Assembly (NCBI GenBank): GCA_047495785.1 | Contig: JBLDXI010000015.1 | Coordinates: 3,720,001-3,784,000 of the forward strand | DNA from: Lepidodermella squamata | Lineage: Eukaryota > Animalia > Gastrotricha | DNA length: 64,000 nucleotides | Direction: 5' to 3' | Part shown: one piece after another, positions 35,969 to 47,997 of the stretch | Position numbering within the stretch: position 1 is the first letter of the stretch | Layout: the number at the start of each line of letters is the position of its first letter | Position numbers and translations under genes: made by a program | The notes under the pieces: generated by a model | The model's input: only the letters and a program-made list of their open reading frames with translations | What the model was told of the DNA's origin: nothing | Databases searched by the model: none

Positions 35969-36907
35969 CCGTCAGTTGGGGCAATCTGGGTCATTGGGGC
36001 TATTCGGACGAATGTTCATGCAAACGGGAGAATGAGCATGGCTCCAAAACTACCCGGCCGTTAGCTATGAAATTTTGCACCGAGTTAGGTGGAAAGACGA
36101 CCCACATGCCATAAATATTTCATGACCTGAGAGTAAGTGGTTGTGAAGATATGGGCTTACCTTTCAGGTGTAAGTTTAACTCAGTTTAAGCACTGTTCTG
36201 CGTTGAATTACCTGGACCAGATGAGAATTTTGCTGGACCTGCGATCAATTTTTTCTGAATCTACAGATGATAAGGCACCCATGAAAATTTAAACCGCCCC
36301 GATCCGACTCATACTTTTGTCTAATTAATTGCGTCCTTTTAGCCCCACGGAAAAATGATGTCGTGGGGCTATTCGGTCTGCCATTTGAATATGCTAATGA
36401 ACTGCGTTGTTCAAACGTTCCTGGCTGATTAAAGCGGACTTTTACTTCATTTACAATTTAATTTTTGAATAAGCTGGAAAGACTGCAAAATACTAGTTTA
36501 CTGGCCTACGACATAGCCAATTACTTAATTACGACTATAATTGACAAATAATTCAACTAAAAATCAGTGTTTTAGCTTGCTCAAATTCTTGGGCATAAAA
36601 ATAATAATAAAAAAAATTTTGCGGAAAAAAATTGCTCCGCGGCGTGGACTCGAACCCTTGTTTCGTACTTTGCCATGCTTTTTAGAAGCATATCCAAAGC
36701 CACTCGACCACTGAACACAGCATATTAGCAATATTTGAATTGAATATTTATGTATAATTAATAGCCCCACACCTGTCCGAATAGCCCCATCCGTGGGGCT
36801 ATTCGGAATCCTGGTTCCATTGGAACCAGGATCTTCTGAAACGTGTAAAAATGCAAAAAAATCAGGGGGTAATTTTTTTTCGCCGTCCGGATAGCCCCAA
36901 CTGACGG
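35969..36907. mobile_element. Non-autonomous Tc1/mariner/pogo-type element
   Basis: TIRs CCGTCAGTTGGGGC(A/T)ATC; TA TSD on both sides; internal GGGGCTATTCGG repeats. Absent from the homologous RTK upstream region near 28990. Confidence 0.82.
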
Positions 36908-37948
36908 TATTTGTTTCTGCAGTTTCGCGTTGCGCGTGTACACAGAATTGATAAATCCTCATTGGCGCCTCACCGTCGATACGGAACATTTAGAAAAATT
37001 AGGCAACAAATTATGTAAAATATAGTTTTTAAAAACAGAAATGGAACGCGTATTTATAATATCAGAAGGTATTTTGTTCCAAATTTTGTATATTCTGTTT
37101 GAGATAGAAAATTTTTGAGCATCAGAGCGGCATTTCGAAGGAATCAGATTAATAAGTTAATCAGTTAACCGGTAAGTATATATTGCGAATGTGCAGGACC
37201 GAAAATTATTGAGTAAACAGAATTATAAAAATGTTACCGATTTTCTGATGATGAAAACAAACCATGAATAATGCGCCGAATTTGGGATTAGAACCAGTTT
37301 AAACTGAATTCGTGAAGTGTACGCTGGCCTTATTTCAGACAAAAACGTGTTTTTCGGGCTTCTTTTTTCGAGGTGAACGAATTTTTATACGCGATTTACG
37401 CCAAAAGATGCGCCTTGAAAAACTGCATATTCTAGTGTTAATCGCGGTATAAATATACTTAAACTTACTCATGTGTTCAAAGAAAACTGACTCGACTAAT
37501 TTCGGACATCTCAGTGTGAATATTTAGATTGGGGTCAAAGTTCACATTAAAGCGAGATAAAATTTATGAGCAGATTTAAAGAAAAATACCTAAAGAATGC
37601 GTGATGAGGGATTCGAACCCTCGATATTAAATTTTGCTCCCAGCGCAGCTTAGATATGGAGTTTAAAAAATGTCACGGTCAATTGGCATCTTTTTGAATT
37701 TTCCGTAGTTTGAGGCTGTCCGAAATTACCCGGGACAAAATTGTTTTCTAAAGCATTTCCTGATCAAAATGTTCGTTAAAAATTGCGGTGTTAACATAAC
37801 AGAATTACTAAATCGATGGTGCTCTATCTTTTCCGCTTCTCCCCACCAAAAAAACCTACTTGGTGAAAAGTTAGTAATTTTGGGTCACGGGACATGACTG
37901 CGAAGAAGTTGGACCATTCCTCGCATACTTATCCGTTATATTCTGCTT

Positions 37949-38171
37949 GAGTAAGAACCATACCTCACCTAGAAGGCTGAGATAACTTGGATTTGTCAAA
38001 TTTACCTCCTAAAACATGAAATTAGGGTTGGAAAGCTCGGGAAACCTAAAAGGTCTCGAACCTTATATTGAACTTTATTAGATCGAAAATTGGGAAAGAC
38101 TCCAGATTTTGCCAGCAAATTAGACAAGTCCGAGTCATCTCAGCCTTCTAGGTGAGTTGTGATTCTTACTC
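37949..38171. mobile_element. Foldback MITE
   Basis: GAGTAAGAACCA..CTCACCTAGAAGGCTGAGATAACTTGGATTTGTC is mirrored by GACAAGTCCGAGTCATCTCAGCCTTCTAGGTGAG..TTCTTACTC. Confidence 0.75.
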
Positions 38172-39408
38172 ACTTTTTCAAGCAGAAAATTAAGGTCAAA
38201 TCATTTCGAATATTACGTAACCGGAAAGCCGCTTAAGGACGAATATCCATACTCCGGTGCAAAAAACCAAATTCGATTTGATACCCATTCTTGGTACCCT
38301 TGGGGGTATGTTGGAATCTAGCTTAAACTTTCCGTATCTTTTCCTAAGTTAGGCTAAAACTTGAGCCGAGATCTTTCTAAAAATCCAATTACTCCGGGAC
38401 ACTTTTCTAGTGTTGTCCTATATAATTTCTAAAACCAATTGTTAAATCGTCCCTTTTTAATTTTCAATGTGTCATCTGCAAGAAGCAAGTGAGATTATAG
38501 AATATTATGGAACGATTGAGTTTTTCAGCAGCATTCTTCCGCGGTGTCAATATGAAAAAATAGCTAGGTAGATGGTAGATAAAAAAGTTGATAGGATTTC
38601 ATGGCTATCCAGTTGGCTATTTAATATTATTATTGTTATTAAATGATTCAGGAATTATACACGTTTAGAATCTCGACGGCCTACCGGAGGCAAGGCTGGA
38701 CGATCAGGACCGAGGACTATTTTCTTTGTAAATTATAGCTAGCCTTGAATTTTGATGAAAAGAATTTCCGCCAACGATGAGACGACTGAGTTATAATGGC
38801 TTCTCGCAAACACCGCCGAGGAGCCATGTCAACGAGGCAACGAGGCATTAATTATAAGAACATGAATCTCCATGCTTGAATTTGAATTTTAAAATCATTT
38901 CATCAGTAGATATGCCCTGGGAAAAAGGGACAACCCATAGTTACGAAACAGTGAGACGAGGCGGCCGCGTTGCTGCACCATGCCAATTCAGTTCGTCATT
39001 TCTAGTTCTCGCGAGAAGTATTTTTCAACTATCATGCGAATTGGCAAAAGTTCTCTCTGAATTTGCCATTGAGCTGGGGAGAATTCATGGCCACCTAGCT
39101 ATTATTGTTCAGGTGAATTAAGCTTCTGTTGAATTTTGAATTTTTTTGCACTATTCTTCTCAAAAAATGTAGCTGGGCATGAATGGCCTAAAATTCATGA
39201 AATCTGCAGCTGATCTGAAGCTGGTCTATTTTTGTGCCTCGAAGACGTACATAGGTAATCAGTATAATCGTAATCGGTTAGATATTAGTGAATACCGGTG
39301 CATCATGGCGAAATCCAGCGCTTCAGGAATTCGGTCAACTGGGCTGAAAACCCAATGAAAACCCACCTGATACCTTCCATTATGATTACGAAATATTGTT
39401 TATGTCGG

Positions 39409-39591
39409 TAGCGTCGTTGAATAACTCGGATTTAGGCTTGTTTACATCCGTTTGAAAGTGAGAGGTGACAAGTAAAAAGTATTTTTCACTTTTGCATCCT
39501 AATTCCCGTTGAAAACCCGCTTTTTTACTTGACACCTGTCGCCTTGAAATGGATGTAAACAAGCCTAAATCCGAGTTATTCAACGACGCTA
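39409..39591. mobile_element. Palindromic MITE
   Basis: TAGCGTCGTTGAATAACTCGGATTTAGGCTTGTTTACATCC is mirrored perfectly by GGATGTAAACAAGCCTAAATCCGAGTTATTCAACGACGCTA. Confidence 0.8.
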
Positions 39592-40532
39592 ACGATGTCT
39601 CTAAAATTCTTAACCTCATTTCTTACTTCAGCTCGAATGACCTGAGCGTAACAAAATAAACTGGGGCAATTTAATTTGATTTATAAATTGGCGTACGGGG
39701 CGGATTGGGCACAATAATATATAACAATTCAATGCCTGAAATAATAATTTTTCAGCGGTCCTGAGCGGGGAAAAATTAGTTCGCCAATTATATTGAAATA
39801 TTGTCATATTGAATAATAACTATTTTGCGATAAATTCAACGCAGAAAACGTTTATCATTGACCGATCGCAAACGAAATAGTCGGGACTGTCGAGAAATAT
39901 TGCGAGTAATATTACAGCCGAAAATTTAGATTTTTTACTGATAATATTGGAATGAAAATATCATAACGCACTTTCAAATTTTCGAAATTTTGAATTCCGC
40001 GCCATCCGCCGGTTGGGCCGTTATACCCGTTTTTTTGTAAACCTCCTCGTACATGGTTTGAAAAATTCTGAGTTTAAACCAGGTTTAGCGGTTAAATCCT
40101 CTAAAACCTGCTACTTTTCTCTCATTTGTAAATAGGTTTTTTAATCGAACATAGGAATTTTCTTCTATAGCTCCATTTTATATACGCGAACAATGGTGAG
40201 TCCCAATACGCAACAATGGTTGCTTTGGAAATGAGAGGAAAACTTAAACCTTAAACCTTAACCCAACATAAGGAAGGTTCCAACATACGCCCCCTTGTGT
40301 CTCATCTCAGCATTCAGTAGGGTGTCCAAAATTTCGTCGAATCCTGCGGCCTAATAACGGAAAATAGAGAACTCATTTGATGAAACTCATACCTAATATA
40401 TTCAAAATACAAGCACTTGGCAAAAATCGTCTTTATTTATTTCAGAGAAAAAGTAAATTTTGGCATCCGATCGAAAATTAGTATGGCGACATAACATGAT
40501 TTTGTTAATACTATTTGACAGATATTTGAGAT

Positions 40533-43500
40533 TCATGCAAAAAGGAGGAGGCTAAAAAATTTGGAGTATTGCGCCAACGAGCAGAACAAGCAAATGCCTA
40601 ACATACGGCTTTTCCGCGCCTCTTCATCGCCGAACATGGCTTTCACTAGATTTGACAGTTTGAACGGGTGCATTAAAATTCGCTTCGAGTCGTAGGCCTC
40701 CCACGGCGACAGCCGGCCCTCGCCTGTCGTCATCGTATTGTCACCGCTGTCGTCTATAAAACCGGTAGTCAGCGGGTCGAAGCACGAGAAAACTGTTGGG
40801 ACGGCGATTTCTTGGAACACCCTGTGACGAGACGCCAGTTCGAACATTGCGAGAGCTTCGGTGAAATCGTGTTTCGCGACGTAAAACATGTCTGAATAAC
40901 CGGTTAGAACTCGGAAAGAACCGCGGGCGCGTGTAGAAATTCGCTCCAAACAGCGCCCGTAAACATCGCTTGAACTGTTTGTGGCTTTATGCACCAGAGA
41001 CTGGATAAACAAAAAATAAGCTCGTCAAAAAGGGTAAAAAAAAACTGCAATTGCCCCCTGTGAGGATCGAACTCACGACCTCCAGATTATGAGACTGGCG
41101 CTCTAGCCAACTGAGCCAAGGAGGCAGTTGTAATTGCTAATGAAACCATTTTACAGAATTGATCAATTTAAATTTGAAAATTTTGAAAAAAATCAGGTTC
41201 CGGCGGGGTTCGAACCCGCGACCTTCTGCGTGTAAAGCAGACGTGATGAACCACTACACAACGGAACCTGCCTGAATCCTCTGACCTTTCTTGAGCTTCT
41301 AACCAATTTTCAAGTTTGAATATTTAAAAAAGGGTGCAACTTTTCATGCATATTACTTTATTGAATTCGAGCTGGAATCATTAGGAAAATTCCAGATGAC
41401 TAGATTTCTGTTAACTAGAAAAGACGGGCGCGCGTACCGCGCGCCTCGTAACATGTACGCTGCAATGCTTCCATGCCAAGGAACTTAATAATAAAGCGGA
41501 TTCGAAAATAACTTGAAACGAAACACATTAAAGCCAATGGATTGTTGGTACTTGTAAGACACCGTTCAGATGACGGTTCTAAACTTATGAATGTCACTCA
41601 AGTTACCCATTCTTCATTTCACATTACATTATCTCACTGAATAGAATTTATGCAAAGATATCGAAGATTGAATCTCATCGTCTTTAAACAGCTATCTCTC
41701 ACAGAACTAATGCAAAACTAATGATAAGCTCTCAGTGTCTATCGTCTATCAATTTGAACTGACATCTCCCTTCTCAGTGGACCTAAAATATTAAGCTTTA
41801 AGATATAAGTAAGAAATATCAAGTTAACATCCGACATCAGACATGAAAATCTGCTGCTTGACCATAAGACCTGCATGAGTTGGAGCTAAAGGCTAAAGCT
41901 CAGCTGATCTGTATGCTGAAAAGATGAGCCCGGCATGAATTTGAGCGATAGGTAGGTATCTTAATCACAATTTAGATCATTTGCTATAGATGATTCTAAC
42001 ATCCTAAAGATTCATATGCATCTCAGTATAGTATCTTTCCGGGGAAGATTAAGTTAACATGAGTCGATCATATCATCTATATCTGGGAGTTAAGATTGAG
42101 TAGGATTGAGACTTACAACTCCAGTCTCCATCTCAATGAAAAGAAGATGTTAGGATTTGAGATCCTACTACTATTATGCATCTTGATGTTGATGTTGTGC
42201 AATGATATACGACATTCATCTAAGTTAAGTAAGTTAAGTTGACTCCATTCATAGATCCATAGATCCTTACTCGACGTACTCTGAATGTGATCTGAGTGAG
42301 ATCTAACTTGAGATCAAAGTATGTTACTTAGCAACCATAGATCCATACTCAATGTTGATGTTGTGGATTGACATAGATCTACATTGAGATTGAGTTAAGT
42401 AGATCTACTTATTCTTAAGAATGAGGTAGGTTGAGGTTAAGCTCTAAGTTGATCTAACTGGAGATTAGACTTATATGTTAGTTAGCATCTATATATGTAA
42501 TGTTCATATACTCAAGCATTAACAGATCTCAGCGAAAGATGTATCTAAAGCAAATGAATGTCCTATTGATCGTGATTCACGAACATCTTTCAGTCAGACA
42601 CCGAACATCAATAAGCGCAGAAGTTAACTGCGCGCTGGTTAACTTGAAACTCGCGCGCCCCCTTAAAACCGCGTCAATTTAGTTTTCAACCTGAATTATT
42701 TAAAAATTTGATTGTTAGTAATTTTAAAGTAAAATAAAAATTATAGAATTATTTTTATTTAAAATTAACGCGTATTTAAAAAGTTTATCCGAGTTCTCTT
42801 ACGTTCTTTATGTTGTTAATATCAAGCAAAAACAGGCCCTAAAATCGTACTAAGTAAAATACCGAAACTCGACCAAAGCCTATCTCTAACCCTAACCCTA
42901 ACCCTAACCCTAACCCTAACCTTAACGATAAGGCCTAACCTAGCCCAAATCTGTACCCGAACCCGAACCCTGACACCTAAACCAAACCTCTAACTCCTAT
43001 TCCAAATCATTGTTTTAAAACAAAATTATATAAAAGAAATATTTATGAAAGGTTAAAAAACAAATTCGAGATGAAGATTGGGTTTTAATTCAATAATTAA
43101 TTCAATTTTCACTGTAGCTTGGAAAATAAAATGAACGAGGTTCCGGCGGGGTTCGAACCCGCGACCTTCTGCGTGTAAAGCAGACGTGATGAACCACTAC
43201 ACAACGGAACCTGCCTGGAACCTCTGACCTTTCTTGAGCTTTTAACCATCTTTCCAGTTTGATTATTCAAAAAAATTGGAGATGCCGGGGTTTGAACCCG
43301 GGACATCTTACATGCAAAGCAAGCGCTCTACCACTGAGCTACATCCCCAGACGATATCAGAGGCTTCAATTCAACAATTAATTCAAATTTCACCGTAGCT
43401 TGGAAAACAAATTGAACGAGGTTCCGGCGGGGTTCGAACCCGCGACCTTCTCCGTGTGAAGGAGACGTGATAACCACTACACTACGGAACCTGTCTCTAA

Positions 43501-45720
43501 TATTTGAATTTGATATTTAAATTATTATTCAAATTTGCCTCGAGAATTCCGAATGCTAATAGATTTTTTTCCAATACCGGATTGTGAACCTTAGAAAATA
43601 GACATTCATTTGTTTCAGTAAATTGTACACTTAAATCCCAGATTAAGGATGTCTGGAGTTCTAATTCCTATATTATGTAGCCATCCTAAGCTTGCCCTAG
43701 ACTTACGTGATAAAACGAGCTTGTCGGCTCGCGGTAGTTATCCGGCCAGTTCAGCCACGGATTAGGACTGTCGCATGTCGACGGCTCGGCGCCCGTGTCG
43801 CACGCGTTCAGTGTTTCCGTGTCGTAGACAAGTTTCGGAAACGGAAGTGAATAACTCGCCGACAAGTTGAATGCCGAGCTGCCAGCGCCAAGAATAACAT
43901 TCCAAAAGCTGAAAATTGCGTCATCCGCCAGCACGAACACACCGCTGGGGTCGATGCGCGGTCGCGATTTGCCAGCGCGCTCCACGGCCAGGTTGAAGCA
44001 GTAGTAATTGTTTTCGCCGTAGCCGTCGATGTGCGGCTTTTCATCTTGGAACGCGAGGTAGCGTCGGCTGAAGTACTCGCTGATCGACGCGTCGTGGAAA
44101 TAAGAATCGATTGATCGGCGAAATGCTGTCGAATTGAGCGACGGTCCGCAGTAATAAACATCGGCGAAAATTCGCCGATAAAATGCGTGAACCAGTGGCG
44201 CAACGTAATACGTTGATCGCCTACATAAAAAATGACAATCTTGATTTATTCTGAAACCATTAAAATTAAGGAGAATTTCGGAAAATCATAACAACAAGTG
44301 TAAAAAAGATGTTTTTAGCGAGAAAGTCGGCCTCTAATTCACCAATTTGCCAGCAAATAAAATATGAATTCAAGAAAATGCGAGCGATACCGTAGGGTTT
44401 CATGTTACTTAAGGAGGATGGGAGTATCTGAAAGGCTAAAGGTCTGAAATTTAAACAAAATTCAAAAGATACAAGAAAACGTGTTCTTGGCGGAGCAAAT
44501 CGTAATCTGACCGTTAGCAAGTGAAAAGTGGGGTTTGACAAAAATTTGGTCATCGGTCATCGTGAGATTTTGATGTCGCTTTCAAGATCAATTATAACGA
44601 GGAGTCGAACGATATTCGTAGTCATCAGGGTGTTGCGGAGAAAATGGGTTTCAAAGATTACCTGTGAAAATTGCTAATTTCGAAAAATTCGCGCTTAAAC
44701 ATTTCGTTTTTATTGCATCAATTAACAATTCGTCGCGCAATAAATTCTGATGATATTTTCTTAAGTGCAGTCGAGATTTTATGGGGTAATCTGAGGTGAG
44801 GAATCTTGCTAGATGTTCAAATATTTTGATGGAATCAAGGTAGCGCTTCCACGTTAACCTAGATCGATAAGCCTTCTCGGCGACACTTTGGGGTCTCCCG
44901 TCTTTTGAGGAGGAGGGGAGCCTCTTAGAGGTCTGATTTCAAAAATTCAAAACCTCAAGAAAAATTGATTAAGTACATCTAGGAATCCAAGAATCGTCCC
45001 AATTAAAGTCATCACTCTTTTTGCTATTTGCTGGAAAATACAGAAAATATGCCAAACCCATTTTTCACTTGTTAACGGTGTTTTTCGAAGTCAAAATTGA
45101 TAGAAATTTTTCGCAAAATTCAAAAATTCGCCAAATCGCACTTTTCGCTCGCTAAAGGTCATATTTAAACATTTGTGGATGCTGAAATTCACGCAGAAAT
45201 TTGAGCAGAAAATTGCACTGCTATTTCACCACGAAAAAAAAATCAACCTGGGAATATAATTGACATTTTACCTGTTGAATGTGATGACTAGGATTGCCGA
45301 TGTCCTCAATTTATGCAACCGTTGCAGCTCTTCGTCCGTCAAAGATTGTATAAATGGCGGCAAATGGCGTTGTTCAAATTTGCACGTCAAGTTCGTGCTG
45401 CACAGCTGATCGGAAACCATTCGATCCAGCTTCCTCATTATCGCATCATCTTCGGCTGACGGCAACAGGCGAGCTCGGTGAATAGTCGACCTGGACGATG
45501 ATGACGAGGAGACAATACCGCTTAACAACGCTGATTCAGCTTCAATTAAGGTGGACGCGCTGTTGTTGAACACTTCTGAAGAACTGATTTTAAGGAGGAT
45601 GAAAACTGAACCGCATAGCGATATTGCCAGCAGCGTTGCGATCGACATGAAGTAGAATCCAACGCCGACGAGCTCGAAAACTGGCCGATTTTGTAAATTC
45701 GCATAGTAATATAGCCGCAT
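40533..45720 (-). CDS. STELLO/DUF288-like type II membrane putative glycosyltransferase (exons ~45720-45271, ~44221-43707, 41000-40533)
   Basis: TM anchor, then ILVITFNR|RSTYYVAPLVHAFYRRIFADVYYCGP, GVFVLADDAIFSFWN, YSDMFYV, VFQEIAVPTVFSC, HPFKLS. Splice phases are consistent. The motif series matches the STELLO/DUF288 C-terminal domain. Confidence 0.8.
41052..41125 (-). tRNA. tRNA-Met(CAT), elongator (intronic)
   Basis: Identical to 31578-31651. Confidence 0.95.
41195..41268 (-). tRNA. tRNA-Val(TAC) (intronic)
   Basis: Identical to 31722-31795. Confidence 0.95.
41415..42700 (-). mobile_element. Non-autonomous Helitron-like insertion (5' boundary approximate)
   Basis: Minus-strand 3' end: GC-rich hairpin GGCGCGCG-GTA-CGCGCGCC, then ..TTTTCTAG|T. 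The segment is absent from the duplicated tRNA block at ~31905. Confidence 0.65.
42886..42921. repeat. Interstitial (CCCTAA/TTAGGG)~6 repeat
   Basis: CTAACCCTAACCCTAACCCTAACCCTAACCCTAACC. Confidence 0.85.
43138..43211 (-). tRNA. tRNA-Val(TAC) (intronic)
   Basis: Identical to the other Val(TAC) copies. Confidence 0.95.
43277..43348 (-). tRNA. tRNA-Ala(TGC) (intronic)
   Basis: GGGGATGTAGCTCAGTGGTAGAGCGCTTGCTTTGCATGTAAGATGTCCCGGGTTCAAACCCCGGCATCTCCA; G3:U70 pair present. Confidence 0.95.
43419..43491 (-). tRNA. tRNA-Val(CAC) (intronic)
   Basis: GGTTCCGTAGTGTAGTGGTTATCACGTCTCCTTCACACGGAGAAGGTCGCGGGTTCGAACCCCGCCGGAACCT. Confidence 0.95.
44510..45079. mobile_element. MITE family A, copy 2 (inverted; in the STELLO-like intron)
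   Basis: Same TIRs as 24895-25460, and the interior is its reverse complement. Confidence 0.8.
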
Positions 45721-46466
45721 TTTGTTCACCCTATAAGAAAAAATTACTGGATTGAAAAGTGTTGGGTGTGAGAATGAAACGCCTTAATTCGCGAGTCGGC
45801 GCGGCGTTTAAGAGGGTTTAATGCCTAGGTAAATACTCGCGCGTGTCTTGAGGCCAAAATAAGGGCCCTGTTGTATGTGGTTATGACTGCGAGTTGAAGT
45901 GAGATAGACACTTGATGGCGTGTCTGAGGTTTATATTCTTTCCTGTACTTCCTGCGGCTGTCACGCCGGGGCTCGTTACGCCGATGACGGATCGCAGCAG
46001 CAGCGTCCTATACGACACAATAAAACTTTTGGTTACGCCGCGCTGTTCGTTTGATGATGACGACAACGAAAAGTGAAAAGCCGCGCGTTGTCTCGCGTCG
46101 CAGCTCATCCGCTCTCTCTCGTTTTCGAGAACATTCTACTTTTGCGAGCGAGAGCGCGCAGACATTATTTGTTTGCTCGCAGAAAATACACGCGATGAGT
46201 AATTGAGGCGTTAAGATTTCACCACGCGGTCATCACGCAGTCGTATAACCCCGTCGTATAAAAAGCGGGACATATAGCCTCGCGCGCATTTTACAGGGTG
46301 GTCAAGACGATAAGCCTCTCGCTGTTATGTTATATTGTTCTCGAAACTTCTTCGCCGTTTCAAAACGCGGCTGAATGCTGACACGTTTCGTTTGTAAACG
46401 TATTCTCGAGTGGCCATAGCGCGCACGAGCGGGCCATGAAAGCTGTGCTGCTCCACGTCGATCAAA

Positions 46467-46497
46467 ACGAAGAACAAGAAGAAGAAGAAGAAGAAGA
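46467..46497. repeat. (GAA)n microsatellite
   Basis: GAAGAACAAGAAGAAGAAGAAGAAGAAGA. Confidence 0.7.
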
Positions 46498-47997
46498 CGG
46501 GGAGGAAAAATTTATTAGTCAGCGGGCTTTGTTTGTTTGTTGTTGTTCCTGCTGTGGCTGGCGCACGCTACTGTTGTTTTTACATCGCCCACCGGCGCCC
46601 CCCTGCCGCAATCACTGGTGACGTGTCGCAGCAATTATCACCGGGCGTAGTTGACACACCGGGCGCGGGCTCTTGAAAATCGAAATTGCATTCACGCGCC
46701 CCGCTTATATCGCAAATAATAATCAGTCATCAGTTACCAAAACGGGTAAACGCGATTTTGTGACACCTTATTTTGGACGTGATTGCGGGCCGTTGGCACC
46801 CTTATCGCTTGCAATCGGCAAATAAGTCCGCTGTTTACTCATTACGTTTTTCGTGGCCATAAAAAGCGTGATTACGAAAGATCTAAAAGCTTGGTACACA
46901 TTGTAGCTGCTGGGGGATAGCCATTAATCTTACGTGACACCCTATATGTTTCAGAGTAACATACACAGCGAGCAAGCATTTCTCAGGTCATCAGATTTTC
47001 CAGGCGACAGACACTGCAACCCCTTGTAAATTTATAATTTATACACAAGTGTCAATTGTCTTTCAACTCATTCGCGTGAGCGTGTGCGAAAATTAGGGGA
47101 CATTATTGTGTCTGCTGCTCAGACGATGGCATTATACCAGAGTTCTTTTCTTGGCGATGGAGACGTATCCGACTTGAAGCTCTCCAAAATCACTATCTGA
47201 CGGATGCTAGTTACGTACTGTAACGTGGTTTTATTTCGGACGAAGTAATTTCGGACACTTTTGGCTTTGAACATAGTACATTGTATGTATGAATATCGGT
47301 TAAAATAGTCCTGCACTTCTTCTTTCCAATGAAAAAATCGAATTAGTCTGCGAAGAATTGTTGAGGTTCGGGTTCGGTTGAAGTTGAAGTTCGGGGTCTG
47401 AAATTTAAAAAATATCCACTATTATTCATGCACTAAATATCCACTTTAGACTGAAGGAGCCTCAGTGAACGTTCATGAAGTCTTAAACAGCACCATGGTC
47501 CCAGACGTATCAACGGACCAAATTTTAGCGGACCAGTGTTTCGGACTAGATTGGAGGTGGGCCGTGTGGTTGCTAGCTTCCTACTAAGAAAAGGCCATCT
47601 ACAGGGTGGCCAAAAAACACCTGAGCTATTTTCCTTTCAAACATTTGATGCGCCACACCATGCCACACTTGGAACTTAAGTGTCACACTCTGGTTAGGAT
47701 GTAAGGGGTAATTAGTGTGGTCCGCCAAGTTGAACTCAGCGACGTTGTTCCCAATTAAAAATTCCTATAATTATATATTCTTGGCAAATCTATACCTGCT
47801 ATACCTAAACTTTCCTTAATAGGAAGGATTCGATGATAATAAAAAAATGATAAAACATCGGTAACGATCGGTAACATCGGAAGACTGCGATCAACATTTT
47901 TATTACATTGTTCGTCCTTTAATCTAAAATTCGACTTTAATATTCAAAAGCACACCGATTTTTCATCATGAGTAAAATTATTCATATATATTAGGCT

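Noticed and set aside
36632-36720. tRNA-like sequence with a B-box on the minus strand
   Set aside because: No proper cloverleaf or anticodon arm. It is a tRNA-derived relic inside a TIR element.
42886-42921. True telomere or chromosome end
   Set aside because: Only ~6 units, located inside an intron with genes on both sides.
43808-44203. 131-aa Ser/Thr-rich ORF from the ORF track
   Set aside because: Wrong frame. The STELLO-like exon uses the overlapping frame (YYVAPLVHAFYRRIF..).
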